The notes under the pieces are model-generated. The model made no database searches. It was given only the letters and a program-made list of their open reading frames with translations, and was not told the origin of the DNA. The translations under genes were made by a program, and so were the position numbers. Below, one piece after another: positions 16,580-30,100 of a stretch of 64,000 bases of DNA. This stretch comes from Neocallimastix sp. 'constans' (Eukaryota), in the NCBI GenBank assembly GCA_050613775.1, contig JBODTK010000104.1, positions 496,001 to 560,000 on the forward strand, in the 5' to 3' direction. Position 1 is the stretch's first letter; each line of letters starts with the position of its first letter.

Positions 16580-16790
16580 TAAATTTAATAAATGAATGTT
16601 TAAATAATTTAATAATTAAAATAAATGTATATATAATAATTAATTATATAAAAATTAAGATTAAAATTTTATCAAATATAAAATAATAATTATTATTTTT
16701 AAATAAATAGTTATTGTTTCTTTAAATATATATATAAATAATTTTATTTAAATTTCATAATTTTTAATTTTTATTGTAAATAAACCATAA

Positions 16791-17728
16791 ATGAATGAAT
16801 ATTCGAAAGATAAATTTTTACATAAATTACGTACTTTGACAGACACGCAGCAAAGGCATAGTATTTATTTAATATATATAAAAGTATAAATAATTTTAAA
16901 TTTTAGTTGAAAGTAATTACGTGGATACTAATTTATTTTTATTTTTATTATTATTTATTGTTAATTTTTATTTTTATTTTTGTTTTTTAAAAAATAATAA
17001 AATCTTAACAGTGTATCTATGTTAAGTAGATGTAAGTATTTTATTTATGTGTAATTTAACAATTTTTATATATAAATATATATATATTTATATTAAATCG
17101 TAATATATATTTATAATATTTAAAATATATTATTTAATAAAAATAAGGGTTATTGACATGTAGGGAAAATCATTCAGAAATTGTTGAAGTTTGGTGGGCA
17201 GAACTTCAAAAAGCAAATTTATCAAAGAAAATGGCATTTCTTAATTTATGCAATGGTATTTTTCATTATCATTAAAAAAAATAAAATATAATATATATAA
17301 TTATCTTTATATACAATACAGATTTTTATTTAATAATACAGATTTTATTAAATACTAATATTTATTATATGTTTTTTTTTATTAAAATAATTATATGTAT
17401 ATATAGATAGTAAGAATATAATATAATATGTAAATATAAAATAATATTTTTTAAATAGAAAAATAAAATTTAACAATAATAAACATATATACAGTATCCC
17501 AAATTTCTCGAAAAAAGAATGATGAATATATCAAAGATTTTATACCAATATTACCGGATGCCATAAGTCATGTTTATAGGTATATTAATTGAAATAAATA
17601 AATTTAAAAAATCAATTAATTAAAAAAAAAATAAATTAAAATATATATATATAATTCATTTATAATAATAGTAAATAAGAATAATATTTTTATAGAAAAC
17701 TAATAAATATTTTTTTTTAATAATTGAA

Positions 17729-17776
<48 letters not shown>

Positions 17777-19620
17777 TTCATTATTATTATTATTATCATT
17801 ATTATTAATATCTTTTATTAAAGACATGGAAATTCTACAGTTCGTAAAAAAATATTACGATTATTATCAATTTGGGATGACAGACAAGTTTTTCCTAAAC
17901 ATGTTTTAGCAAATATTCATACAATTATTAAAAGCAACAGTAACATAAACTTTTATTTCATTATTAACTAATGTTGTATGGAAATTTTATTATAAAATTT
18001 GAATTCAAAATTTTAATATTATCTTTATTTAAAAAAATAAAAAAAAAAATAGGAACAGTATCAACATCTTCTTCTTCTTCTTCTTCAAGCTCAAGATTGC
18101 CAAAAAAAGTATATATTCAAATATTATAGTTATATAATTAAATATCATAAAATAAAATCTCATTTAAATATTATTTATTTATTTTTTATAGTATGCAGAT
18201 CTTCAGGAACATTTAATTCAAGTTGAAAAATATCAAATTGATAAAAATATTATAGAATCTGAAATTACTCAGTTATTATCAAAAGATATGTCACTTAATG
18301 AAAATATAAAAGCAAAAGGTACAAATAGATTTCATTTTTTACCCATATATAAAAAAAAAAAAAGTAAAAAAAAAAAAAAAATAAAAATAAAAATAAAATA
18401 AAATGAAATAAAATAAAAATGAAATAATGATTCTAATAATATATCTAATACATTATATTTTATTAATCATATTAATATATGTATTTTTATTATTAACACT
18501 ATGGCATCTTCTTTACATATATAAATAATAGAAAAATTAGAAGAAAGAAAATATAAGTTAATTGAAAATAATGTTTCAAAAAGACATCAGTTAATTGAAG
18601 AAATAAATCGTATATTAAAATATCAGGAAGAATTAATAGAAGAAGAAGAAGGATATCATAAACAAGTAATAATAATAATGATGATGATGATAATTATAAC
18701 AATAATAATTTTATATATATAATAATATAATAGATATAAATATATATATATAAACTTATATTTAAAGTAAATTATATTGTATTAATGGTACTAATATATC
18801 ATATTTATTATATATATATTTATGAATATACATATTTTTTTTTATAAAAAAAAAATCAGTATGCTATGAAATCATTAAATAATAAATTAGATAATAATCA
18901 AATGTTAATGGGTAGTGCATCGCAAAGTGATCCATTAATGGCCTTATCAGAACTATCTAATAACATCAATTCAAAGTTAAACAATTCAATTATAACTTCT
19001 TCTTCACCATTGAGTATGCCAATTCTTTCTAATCCCATTAATCCAACACCTGATCAACAACAAATTTTGATGCTTATGAATAGTATTATTCAACAAAAAA
19101 ATAATAACGGAGGAAATATGCCAAATATGCCAAATATGCCTAACATGCCAAACATGCCAAATATGCCGAATATGCCGAATATGCCGAATATGCCAAATTT
19201 GCCGAACATGTCCAATATGTCCAACATGCCCAACATGCCCAACATGCCAAATATGCCAAACATGCCAAACATGCCTAATATGCCTAATATGCCTAATATG
19301 CCCAATATGCCCAATATGCTTAATATGCCAAATATGCCTAATAATATGCCTAATATGCCTAATATGCCTAATATGATGCCAAATAATATGCCTAATAACA
19401 TACCAAATAACATGTCAAATAATATGTCAAATAACATGCCTAATAATATGCCTAATAATATGCCTAATATGATGGGAAATATACAAAATATGAGAAGTAT
19501 GCAAAATATACAAGATAATATGTCTAAAACTATTCCAAACAATATGTCAGAAAATATGAATGAAAATATACCAGATATTAATACCAATAATAATAATAAC
19601 GAGGATAATAATAACGATAG

Positions 19621-19671
<51 letters not shown>

Positions 19672-19721
19672 ACAAAATATACCAATTAATGATATCTCAA
19701 CCAAATTAGATAATGATAATA

Positions 19722-19758
<37 letters not shown>

Positions 19759-19846
19759 AAATAGTTCAAATGCTGATGAATCATCTTCAATGAATAATTC
19801 ATCCATAACACAACAAAGCAATGAAAATTCAATAAAAAATGAATAG
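16791..19846 (+). CDS. RNA Pol II CTD-interacting-domain (CID/RPR) protein, RPRD1/Rtt103-like, with coiled coil and N/M/P-rich tail
   Basis: Spliced N-terminus MNEYSKDKFLHKLRTLTDTQQSVSMLSRWLLTCRENHSEIVEVWWAELQKANLSKKMAFLNLCNDISQISRKK…ILRLLSIWDDRQVF parallels the RPRD1 CID (QQSVQTLSLW, YLANDVIQ, RLLNIWQERSVY). Exons start at 16791, 17012, 17148, (17407), 17495, 17824, 18053, 18192, 18532 and 18860. Confidence 0.85.
19115..19470 (+). repeat. Coding tandem repeat (Asn-Met-Pro)n, then (Asn-Asn-Met-Pro)n
   Basis: 9-nt units AAY-ATG-CCN in the last exon of the CID gene. Confidence 0.95.
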
Positions 19847-20559
19847 AATAGATCATATTTCAAAATCATTTATTTAGATACATTTTTAATTATATATATA
19901 TATATATTTAAATTTTTATTTATAAATATTTTTTTTTTATCTTGAATATTTCTTTTTTTTTTTTTTTTATAATATTTACATTATTATTGACACATATGTG
20001 TATTTTATTTCTATTAAATGATAAAAAATAAATAAATAATATAAATTAAATATATATAGATCAGTAAACATTATGATCTAAAAAATTTTATTTATTTTGT
20101 AAATATGTAATTATATATATTTCATTATAAAAAATATTTTTTTTATTTTGTTTTTTTGTTTTTGCTTTTGTTTTTGTTTTTATTTTATTATATTTTATTT
20201 TTAATAATAATTTATATTTTCATAATAGACTTTTGTATACTCTGTTTAAAATAACAAATACAATAATTAAAGTCATAGTAATAATCATAATAATATAATA
20301 ATAATAATTTCTTGTTAATAATTTTTCATTATTATTATTAATAATATTGTTATTCGCACCAATTATTATAATAAATATAAGTATTTAAATATGTATTATT
20401 TTTTAATTTTAATTTAATACTAATTTATATATTAAATTTTTTTTAATTTAAAAAAAAAAAAAATTTTTTTTTATATTCTTTTTAAATAATAAAAGATAAT
20501 AAAGAAAATAAAAAAAAAAAAAAAAAAGGTTTTATATATAATTTAAACCATAAATTAAA

Positions 20560-21485
20560 ATGGATAATAAAGGAAATAAAAATAGTTTTTCAAACTCAAT
20601 AAAAGATATATTTAATTATTTTGAATATTATATTGTTGATAATAATACTATTTCTCGTTTTCCTCTTTGGGGTATTAATAATAAATAAATATTAATATTT
20701 ATTACAATAATAATGATTAATATTAAACATTTTTATCTAAAAATGAATAATCCACTAATGTAAAATCCATTCTTTTTTTTTTTTTTTTTAAAAAAAAATA
20801 TTTTTTTATCAATATATATGTTATGAAAATAGGTAGAATATTGCTTACACTTACGTATATAGAAGATGCAGTATCAATAATTTTAAAATGGGATGAACAT
20901 GTTCAATATTATGGAGTAAAAATATTTTTAATAATAAATGCCATTGGACTTTTACTAGGATCTATTGCAACATTTCACAAAGTTACAATTAAATTTGGTG
21001 TTTTTGGTTTAATAGGAGTAGAAATAGTCCAATTTTTATTATTTAAACAATTATTTAATTTATCTTTTTATATAAAATTATTATGTAATGCGGGAGGTCT
21101 TTTATTATTAGTAGCTGAAGCCTTATTAACACAAAATTCTGAAACCAATAAAATTTTACTTTTTGAACAACCGAAAGTCTTAAGAAATGTAGATTCCAAT
21201 CTTCAAAAAAAAATTGTTTTACTTGAAAAATGTGTCATCATATTATATACTTTATCCACTTTCCTTTCAAATGAATTCAATATATTTATAGTTCTTTCTG
21301 GCGGTTTTACTACTATTGCCTTAGGACTTATAATTTTTGGAGCAAATAATGTAAATTCAATATCATATTTCATATTTATATTGTCAATTTTAAATTTAGC
21401 AATAAATAATTTCTGGTCTTCTAATGGAACATTAGTAAGTAATCCCTTTAATTTTAAAGATTTAATATAAATCAAAATGATAATA

Positions 21486-21521
<36 letters not shown>

Positions 21522-21695
21522 AATATATATTATTAATAATAAATATTTTAATAAAAATTTCTAATATTTATTTAAATATAATGATTATAATGAATTTAAA
21601 AAAAACAGTATTTCACAAAATTTCAAATTGGTCAAGCTCTGTCTACTCTCAGTGGAATCATATTATTAGTATGTAAAGATAAGAAAAACGAATAA
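20560..21695 (+). CDS. ERV29: SURF4/Erv29-family ER cargo receptor (divergent), 3 exons
   Basis: Exons 20560-20671, 20833-21434 and 21609-21695. GRILLTLTYIEDAVSIILKWDEHVQY, GGLLLLVAE, NLAINNFW and KFQIGQALSTLSGIILLV fit the SURF4 pattern. It has multiple TM segments and ends KDKKNE* (KKxx ER-retrieval signal). Confidence 0.78.
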
Positions 21696-22329
21696 GTGAT
21701 AATGTATGAAGTTAAATATAAAATAAATAAGTAAATTAATAAAAATAGTAATAAAAATAAAAACAAAAATATATATTAATACTAATGAAAAAAAGAAATA
21801 AAATATGAATGTATTTATTTTATCATAATATTTCTTTTTTATTTTAATAAATTTTATAAAATAAATAAATCAGAAACTAAATAAAATAAAATAAAATAAA
21901 ATAAAATAAAATTTCTATCTTTTAAATAAATAATATTTAAAAAATAAAATAATAATAATAATAATAATACTATACAACTTTTCATTATTTTTAATATTTT
22001 TTTTTAATGAAATAGGTATATAATGATAAAATAATAATAAAATAAATAATAAAGACATTAAAAATATTTATTATTTATATTTATTATTTATTATTAAATG
22101 TACTTTTTGTTTTCTATTGTGTATTTAAATATTATTGTAATAAAGTGATACAAAAAAAAAATATTAAATCTTTGGTCCAAAATTGTAGCATATAATCAGA
22201 GAAAAAAAAGATATAAAAATATTATATGGAAATTATATTATTGAAATATTGAAAGGATTATTAATAGTAAAAATTTTAAAGTATTAATATTTTAGTATTT
22301 TTAATTAATTGTAAAAGATACAATTGTTA

Positions 22330-22880
22330 TTTATTATTTATTATTTATTATTTATTATTTATTATTTATTATTTATTATTTATTATTTATTATTTATTAT
22401 TTATTATTTATTATTTATTATTTATTATTTATTATTTATTATTTATTATTTATTATTTATTATTTATTATTTATTATTTATTATTTATTATTTATTATTT
22501 ATTATTTATTATTTATTATTCAATTATTTATTATTTAATTATTTAATTATTTATTATTTATTTTTTATTATTCAATTATTTATTATTCAATTATTTATTA
22601 TTTATTATTTATTATTTATTATTCAATTATTTATTATTTATTATTTATTTATTATTTATTATTCAATTATTTATTATTTATTATTTATTATTTATTATTT
22701 ATTATTTATTATTTATTATTTATTATTTATTATTCAATTATTTATTATTTATTATTTATTATTTATTATTTATTATTTATTATTTATTATTCAATTATTC
22801 AATTATTTATTATTTATTATTTATTATTTATTATTTATTATTTATTATTTATTATTCAATTATTTATTATTTAATTATTA
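22330..22880. repeat. (TTTATTA)n heptamer array with TTCAATTA variants
   Basis: Seen directly; it produces the spurious ORF 22324-22893. Confidence 0.9.
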
Positions 22881-23433
22881 TTTATATATTTAATAAATTT
22901 CAAAATTCAAAATTTATTAAATAAATAAATTTATGGTTTTTCTAAACAATCTTTGGAATAGGATATGATGGAAAGTACAGAATAAATTTAATTTTTTTCT
23001 AATATTTTCTATATATTAGAATATAAACAAATTTATTATAAAGCAATAGTTTAGTATAATACAATCGAAAGAAAAAGAAAATATATTAATATAAATTATT
23101 TTAGATTAATTAATTGAATTAAATAATTTAATAATTTATCCAGATCCAGAATGAATAAAAATAATTTTTCTTTTTTTTTTTTATTATTTTATTTTATATT
23201 AAACACTTTATTAACATTTCATATTAACATTAAAATTTAAAAAAGTAAAATTTCAATAAAATAGTAATAGATATTATAAATATAATATATAATAAGTAAT
23301 TTTATATTTAAACAAAAAATAAAATAAATTCAATTAAGTTAGACGAAAAACAATTAAATAAAATAATAATTTATAATAGTTTAAATTTTAATAATACTTT
23401 TATATTTATATATATAATCAATAGTAAATAAAA

Positions 23434-24128
23434 ATGCTTGCTCCAACTGTTCTCTGGGCTCAACGTACTGATGAAATTTTCATCACCATTGATCTTATGG
23501 ATATTGAAAATCCAACCGTAAACTTAACTTCTGATAAATTATACTTCCAAGGTCGTTCTCTTGGAAAGGATTACGAAGTTGAATTAAAGTTCTTCAGTAA
23601 AATTGATCCTGAAGTAATTAATTATATTTTATTATCATTATTATTATTGTTATTATTTAATAGAATCAAATTAAAAAATACAAAAAAAAAAACGTATAAA
23701 TAATAATATTAATAAAAGTAAAATAAGTACATAAAATGAAATTTATACTATAATATAAAAAAAGTAATAAAAATTTTTAAAAGGAAGTCACCTAATTATA
23801 ATTATTATTATAATATTTTTTTTTATATTCATCTATTTAAAAAAATTAAAACAAAATGAAATTTAATTTTAAAATATTAATATTCAATCATTCGAAAAAT
23901 TTAAAAGGCTTCTAAGAAAAGTATTACCCCAAGAAATGCTTTCTTTGTTCTTATCAAGGAAGAAAAGGGTAAGGAATACTGGCCAAGATTATTAGAAGAC
24001 AAGGGTAAAGTTCACTACTTAAAGACCGATTTCAGTAGATGGAAGGATGAAGATGATGATGATGATGATGTTCCAAACCCAATGGAAGGTCTTGACTTCC
24101 CTCAAGTAAATAAAGAAAACCTTTTTTC

Positions 24129-24166
<38 letters not shown>

Positions 24167-24927
24167 AAAATAACAATATAAAATAATTATTGAATTAAAA
24201 TTTTATTATAAAAAAAGAAATAAAAATAAAATATTCAATATAGCATAATAATTTCAATTTTACTATTCTTTTTCACTAATAAATATGATTATAAAAAAAT
24301 AAAAAGACGAATTAGATAAGAAATAACTAATAACATCAAAAATATTTATTTTTTTTAATTATATGTTAATAATTTAAAAAAAAAAAAATTTATATAATAA
24401 ATATAATTGTTCATAATACGAAATTAATTTCATAATCTTATAGTTCTCCGGTATGGGAGGTATGCCAGGTATGGGAGACTTAGGTAACATGGATGACGTA
24501 AGTTTCATTAAAATAAAAATGATAATAATTATAAATATTTTTTATAAATTTTAAAATAGTTTAAAAAAATTTTTTTTTTCTTAAATATTTATTAAAAAAT
24601 CATTATATATATATAAATTAATATAATTTCATTGATATAAATATATCTATTTATTTTTTATTGATAAAATAAATAGATGCCTGATTCCGATGATGATTCA
24701 AGCAGTGATTCCGATAATGATATGCCAGAACTCGAAAATGCTGATGAAAAAAGTATTATAATGATATAATAAATTCAATATTTAATAATATTTATATATA
24801 ATTTTATTGATACCTGTTATTAATTCAATCCATATTATTAAAATAAATAATATAAATATAATCTATAAATTTAATTAAATATAAAAAAAATGAAGAGGAA
24901 GAAACTAAAGGTAATATAAAAAAATAA
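23434..24927 (+). CDS. SBA1: Hsp90 co-chaperone p23 (Sba1/Wos2)
   Basis: PTVLWAQR, YEVELKFFSKIDPE, YWPRLLEDKGKVHYLKTDFSRWKDEDDD, then a GM-rich and acidic tail (PDSDDD, DMPELE). Exons ~23434-23613, 23909-24105, 24444-24497 and 24677-24752. The last exon and stop are uncertain. Confidence 0.92.
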
Positions 24928-25873
24928 ATAAATGAAAAAGAATTTTAAACATCAAAATGATTAATTAAAATACTTATATATATATATATTAATATTATAT
25001 TAATATTCATAATATAACTTATATATATTATTAAATGAAAAAAAAATTTTTTTATAAAAAAAAAATAGCATAAACGAATTAAATTTAGGAATAAAAAATA
25101 CAATAAAATGAAAATATTTGAAAAAAAAAATTTTATCTCAGTATAAAATATATGAACATTCATTAGAAGATCTTTTTTTTTTCCTATTATTAAATTATCT
25201 TAAATTCAAGTTACAATAATTACCTTTTATAAATATTTAAAATAAACTTTGAATTTTTTAAATAAATCTATTAAAAATTAAAGAAAAGAAAAAATAAAAG
25301 GAAGATAAAAAGGGAAAAAAAAAATCAATAATAGTAAAAAAGATTGACAAAAAATCTAATCATAAAGAGAAAAAAAAAGTCAGATGATAAAATGTAAATG
25401 TAATGACAAACAACAATAACAAAAAAAAAAAAAAAAATAATAAATAAAAATTTGCACATAATTAAAAAAAAAAAATGAATTATTGATTAATGATGTTATA
25501 ACAAATCATATTAATATATAAAATTATATCATGGATTAATCATTGGGTATATTATAATTCTTATTATTTATTAGGGCTATTATTTTCTCTCAAAAAAAAA
25601 TTTTTTTTCCTATACAACTTATTTATATCTATTTCAAACAAATAAACAAACAAAGAAACAAAGAAACAAACAAAAAACAAAAAACAAATATATATATATG
25701 TATTCATTATTATTATATTTCTATTTCTGTATTATTTGTTTTTTATATTATTTTTATTTCTTATTTTTTAATAGTTTAGGAAATGTTTATTTATTTAATT
25801 TTATTTATTTGACGTTATTTTCATTATATTTTATTGTTATTACTATTATTATTATTATTATTACTATTATTAC

Positions 25874-25955
<82 letters not shown>

Positions 25956-26079
25956 TATAGAATTTTTTTTTTTTGGTATGTTGAGAATGTTTTGAAGTTA
26001 TATATATATATATATATATTTTAATTTGTATTATTTTTTCATTACTTTAAATTAAATATTCCATCAAAAAAAAAAAAAA

Positions 26080-26282
26080 GCAATTCTAAATTTTTACTGG
26101 GATAAAGATATGGCAGGAAAATCAATCAAGACTAAGGCTTATAAGAAAAATAAATTTGAGAAAACTAGGGACTACCTTTTAACTCAACTTCAAGTATCCT
26201 GAATTTTAGCATTGACTTCCGATGAGTACTTCGTGTCAGATTGTGGATATAATTTGTAATACTTTTGTTGCCAAAAGCTTCC
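26080..26282 (+). mobile_element. Short relic of a second, diverged LINE (C-terminal part of the pol ORF)
   Basis: Reading through frameshifts gives FYWDKDMAGKSIKTKAYKKNKFEKTRDYL…KYPEF…FR*VLRVR.CGYN. This parallels GIKGMNYDNFKFIKTRNLFKLSFEYPH…GF.*ILRLRAGYKY of the adjacent LINE at 30520-30660. Confidence 0.6.
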
Positions 26283-26313
<31 letters not shown>

Positions 26314-26634
26314 TTGAAGACGACTCTCTAGAAAAGGTATTCTTGTTATTGTTATATAGAAAATAAGCAGTAATCCTCGATTAGAAGATTGGTTTTTTTT
26401 TCTAAATGTAATCTTTCCCCCCCCTGAGAATTTCGAAATGAAAAATAGTTTATTTTAAGGATATTAAAATTCTTTATGAAAAAAAAAAAATTTTTTTTTT
26501 TTTTTTTTTTTTTTTATATTATTTCTAAATAATTGTCCAATATTTAAATAGTAATGTAAACGCTGTTATCACAAAAAAAATGAATAATATAGAATTAAAA
26601 TACGGATTCTGATAGTAGTAATGAAATTTATACT

Positions 26635-26704
<70 letters not shown>

Positions 26705-27189
26705 TTGTTAATAATAGTAGAGTTAATGATAGTGAAAATTGGTAAAATAGGTATATTAAACTTTGTGATAGTGATAGTAATAGTAAAAAAAAAAAAAAAA
26801 AAAAAAGTATTGTTATTACTACTACTACTACTAATGTAGTGAAATTGTTTCAATGGGTGAAAATTGTGGTTAATTTTTAAGTAATTCTCTGAATAATACG
26901 TGTGTTAATAAATATAGATGTGACGTGATACCGATTATACTATTTTCAAATATTATTATGTTCTATGATTTTATTTATTTTTTTTTTTTTTTTTTTTTTT
27001 TTTTTATTAAAAGTAAAAAAAATATTCATGTAATTAATAAATGAATGAATGAATGAATGAATGAATAAATAAATAAATAAATAAATAAAGATTAAAGTTT
27101 ACCATAATTACTATGAAAAAAAAAAAAAAAAAAAGATTTAAATTAAATAAAATAATTAAATAATAAGGTATTAATAATAAGGTAAATAG

Positions 27190-30100
27190 ATTTCATTAAT
27201 TTTGGTGATTGTTCCAGTAAAAAAATTTTACAATTGTATCAGTAATCTATCTAGTTCTTTTTTAAATGTCATCTTTTCAATAGTTAGAAAATTTTCACCA
27301 TTATATGGTTCTTATTTTATTATTAAAGTAAATGCTCTCAATAGTAATACCGTTAAACAATTCAATGATTTGTTAAATGATGGTTTTCATTCCTCTGTTA
27401 AAATTACCTATAAAGAATGTAAAAGTTATTCAAATTCTAATGACCGCAAATCCAATTATAATAAAGTTAAACAAATTTAAAAAAATCAAGAGAAAAATTA
27501 AATCCTTTTTTGGTATTCCCAGAGATTTCTATTCTTGTCACCTTTATTTTTGCTCTTCCCTCTTCAATTTATGTTCTAGCTGGAATATAAATGGTTGGAA
27601 TTCTGAAAAGAGAGATGGCGTTATGTATTTAAATTCAGTATTTAAACCTGTATGTATAATGCCTTCAGGAAACTGGTAATAGTAAGTTTCTCTCTAAAGA
27701 GAACACTCCTTCTATTTTTGGTTACGAGTATGTTTTCCTTCGTTCTAATTCCAAAATCCCTGGAATGAGAGGTTTATATATCGGTGTTCATAATTCTTGT
27801 TCTTATACTACTGAAAATGCCAACTACAATTACATTATATCAGTTAGTCTGACTTCATTTTGGAATCAAAAATGTTCTATTGATAATATATACTTCCTTC
27901 AATATAGATGGCCTGAAGCTCGTTTAAATGCTTTCTCTGAAATGGAAAAATGGTTAAGTCGTCATAATAAGGAAAATTCACCTGCTGTTCTTTTAGGTGA
28001 CTTTAATATGCCCCTCAATAAACTTAAGAAGTATATTATCAAAAATTTTCCATGACTGGACTGTTGCTAATCTTACTGGTAGTAGTATTACTTATTCTAA
28101 AGGTTCCAAATCTTCTTGCATTGACCATATTATCTATAATAAAGCTATGATTCCTCATGTACATTTATCTTCTGCCTGCTCATTTGCAAATGGTACTTCT
28201 GATCATTATCCTATCTTCTTATCTTGTAATAAGAATCTTTCAGATGGTTTTAATAAACCTAAGAAAAACTTTTAAATGGTCTAACCATATTTGTAATACT
28301 CAGAATACAAATATACAATCTCACAATTACTTTTCTGTTTTAGTAAGTAATCTTGAATCCAAATTTGATGAAACTTCAGCAGATGATATGGTTAAAGAAT
28401 TTATTAATTCTTTAATCAGTGTTGGTAAGGAAATTAAAGCTTTTTTTCCCCTCAAAATATAAAGGCCCTGCTTTCCACTGCCCAGAGTATGTTAAGGAGA
28501 TTTCAATTGCTAAACATTTAGCATATGAAAATATTAAACCTTTTTCAGATTGCCCTTCGATGGATGCTTATTTAGATCAATTTACACAATATCATAAATT
28601 ATGCAAAACCTTAAAAAAGCTTAAAAGCACCTTACGTTCCAATCGTTATATCATAATTAGTAACTATTTTATAAGCAAAGACTATAGTCGTGGTTGGCGT
28701 AGTCTCAAGAAGATTTCTAAACCTGTATATTCAGCCTCTACCCTTCATCTTGTTAAGTCTAAATCCGGTCAGGATTTTTTTGATCCCAACGTTCAACTTA
28801 AACGTTGGGCTGAACATTTCAATGACTTAGCGTCTGATTCTACTGGTCATAGCTTAAACCAAGACTATTGGGCAAATGTTTTCGGAAATAATCCTCGTAA
28901 TCCAAATACTTGGAATATAAATGATCCTACTTCTCTCTCTAATATAAGAAATACGGTACTTTCAAAGAAGCGTAACAAAGCTCCTGGACCTGATGGTATT
29001 CCTATTGAATTTTATAAAGCTTTCTTTTGTAATCATGATCAGGAAGAAAAATTTTCCTTCTGCTGGTAAATACCTTGAGATTATTTTTTAACAAAATTTG
29101 GGAAGGTTTCTTTTCCTAATGAGTAGAACTCTGCATCTATTGTTTCTATTCCAAAGAAAGGCGATCTTTCTAATTGTAATAAGTATAGAGGTATCTCTCT
29201 TATCAATGTCGGTCTTAAAATTCTTTCAAAGATAGTAACAGATAGAATCTCTAAATATACTTTTTAAACATAATTTTATTAGACCTGAACAGTTTGGTTT
29301 TCGCAATCATGAAGAATGTATTAGCCTCTACATTTCAATTAGAGAAATTTGTCAAAGAAGAAAATTTAAAGGCAAATTCACATATGTAGCTTTTCTTGAT
29401 CTGATAAAAAGCCTATGACTCTGTTCCCATTTTCAACATTCTTACAAAAATCTTTCACCTTGGTATCCGTGACAAATGTTCTGATTTCATTTCTAATCTC
29501 TATCCTACTTCTGAAGCTAGAGCTCATTACCTTGACATGTTATCAAATGAATTTCCTATTCATCGTGGTGTTAGACAAGGTTGCCGGTTATCGCCTATTT
29601 TGTTTAATTTATTTATTAATGATATTTTAAGCAATTGCGATAAATATGGTGTTAGTATTGGTAATAAAAAATGTTGTGGTGGTCTTTTTGCTGATGATAT
29701 TGTTCTCATAGCGCCTAGTAAAAGAAAAATGAAGGCTCTTCTTCGTCATGTTTTTTATTGGACTAATAAAAATGAAATGTCTTTTGGTATCAATAAATGT
29801 GCTACAATGATTATTAAACCCTTAAATTTTACTTCATATCCTTGGTTATGAAGAACCTACATTTCACTTTGGTATGTATTCTATCCCTAAAACATCTGTG
29901 TATATTTACTTAGGTATCCCCCTATAGTAATGATCTTTCCCTTGAACCTATTATCACTTATATGAATACTAAATTTAGGAAAATCTTTATATTTTCTTTC
30001 TCGAGTTTTTTATCCAATATAATACAGTTCCATTAACTTTGAAAAGATCTATTATTCAATCATATATTATTAGCATAAAGCATTATATTTTGCTCCACTT

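Noticed and set aside
19090..19869. 259-aa antisense ORF (GIL/GMF repeats)
   Set aside because: It is the mirror of the NMP/poly-N coding repeat on the + strand.
22324..22893. ORF of LFIIYYL repeats (also 41164-41625)
   Set aside because: It is a translation of the TTTATTA heptamer array.
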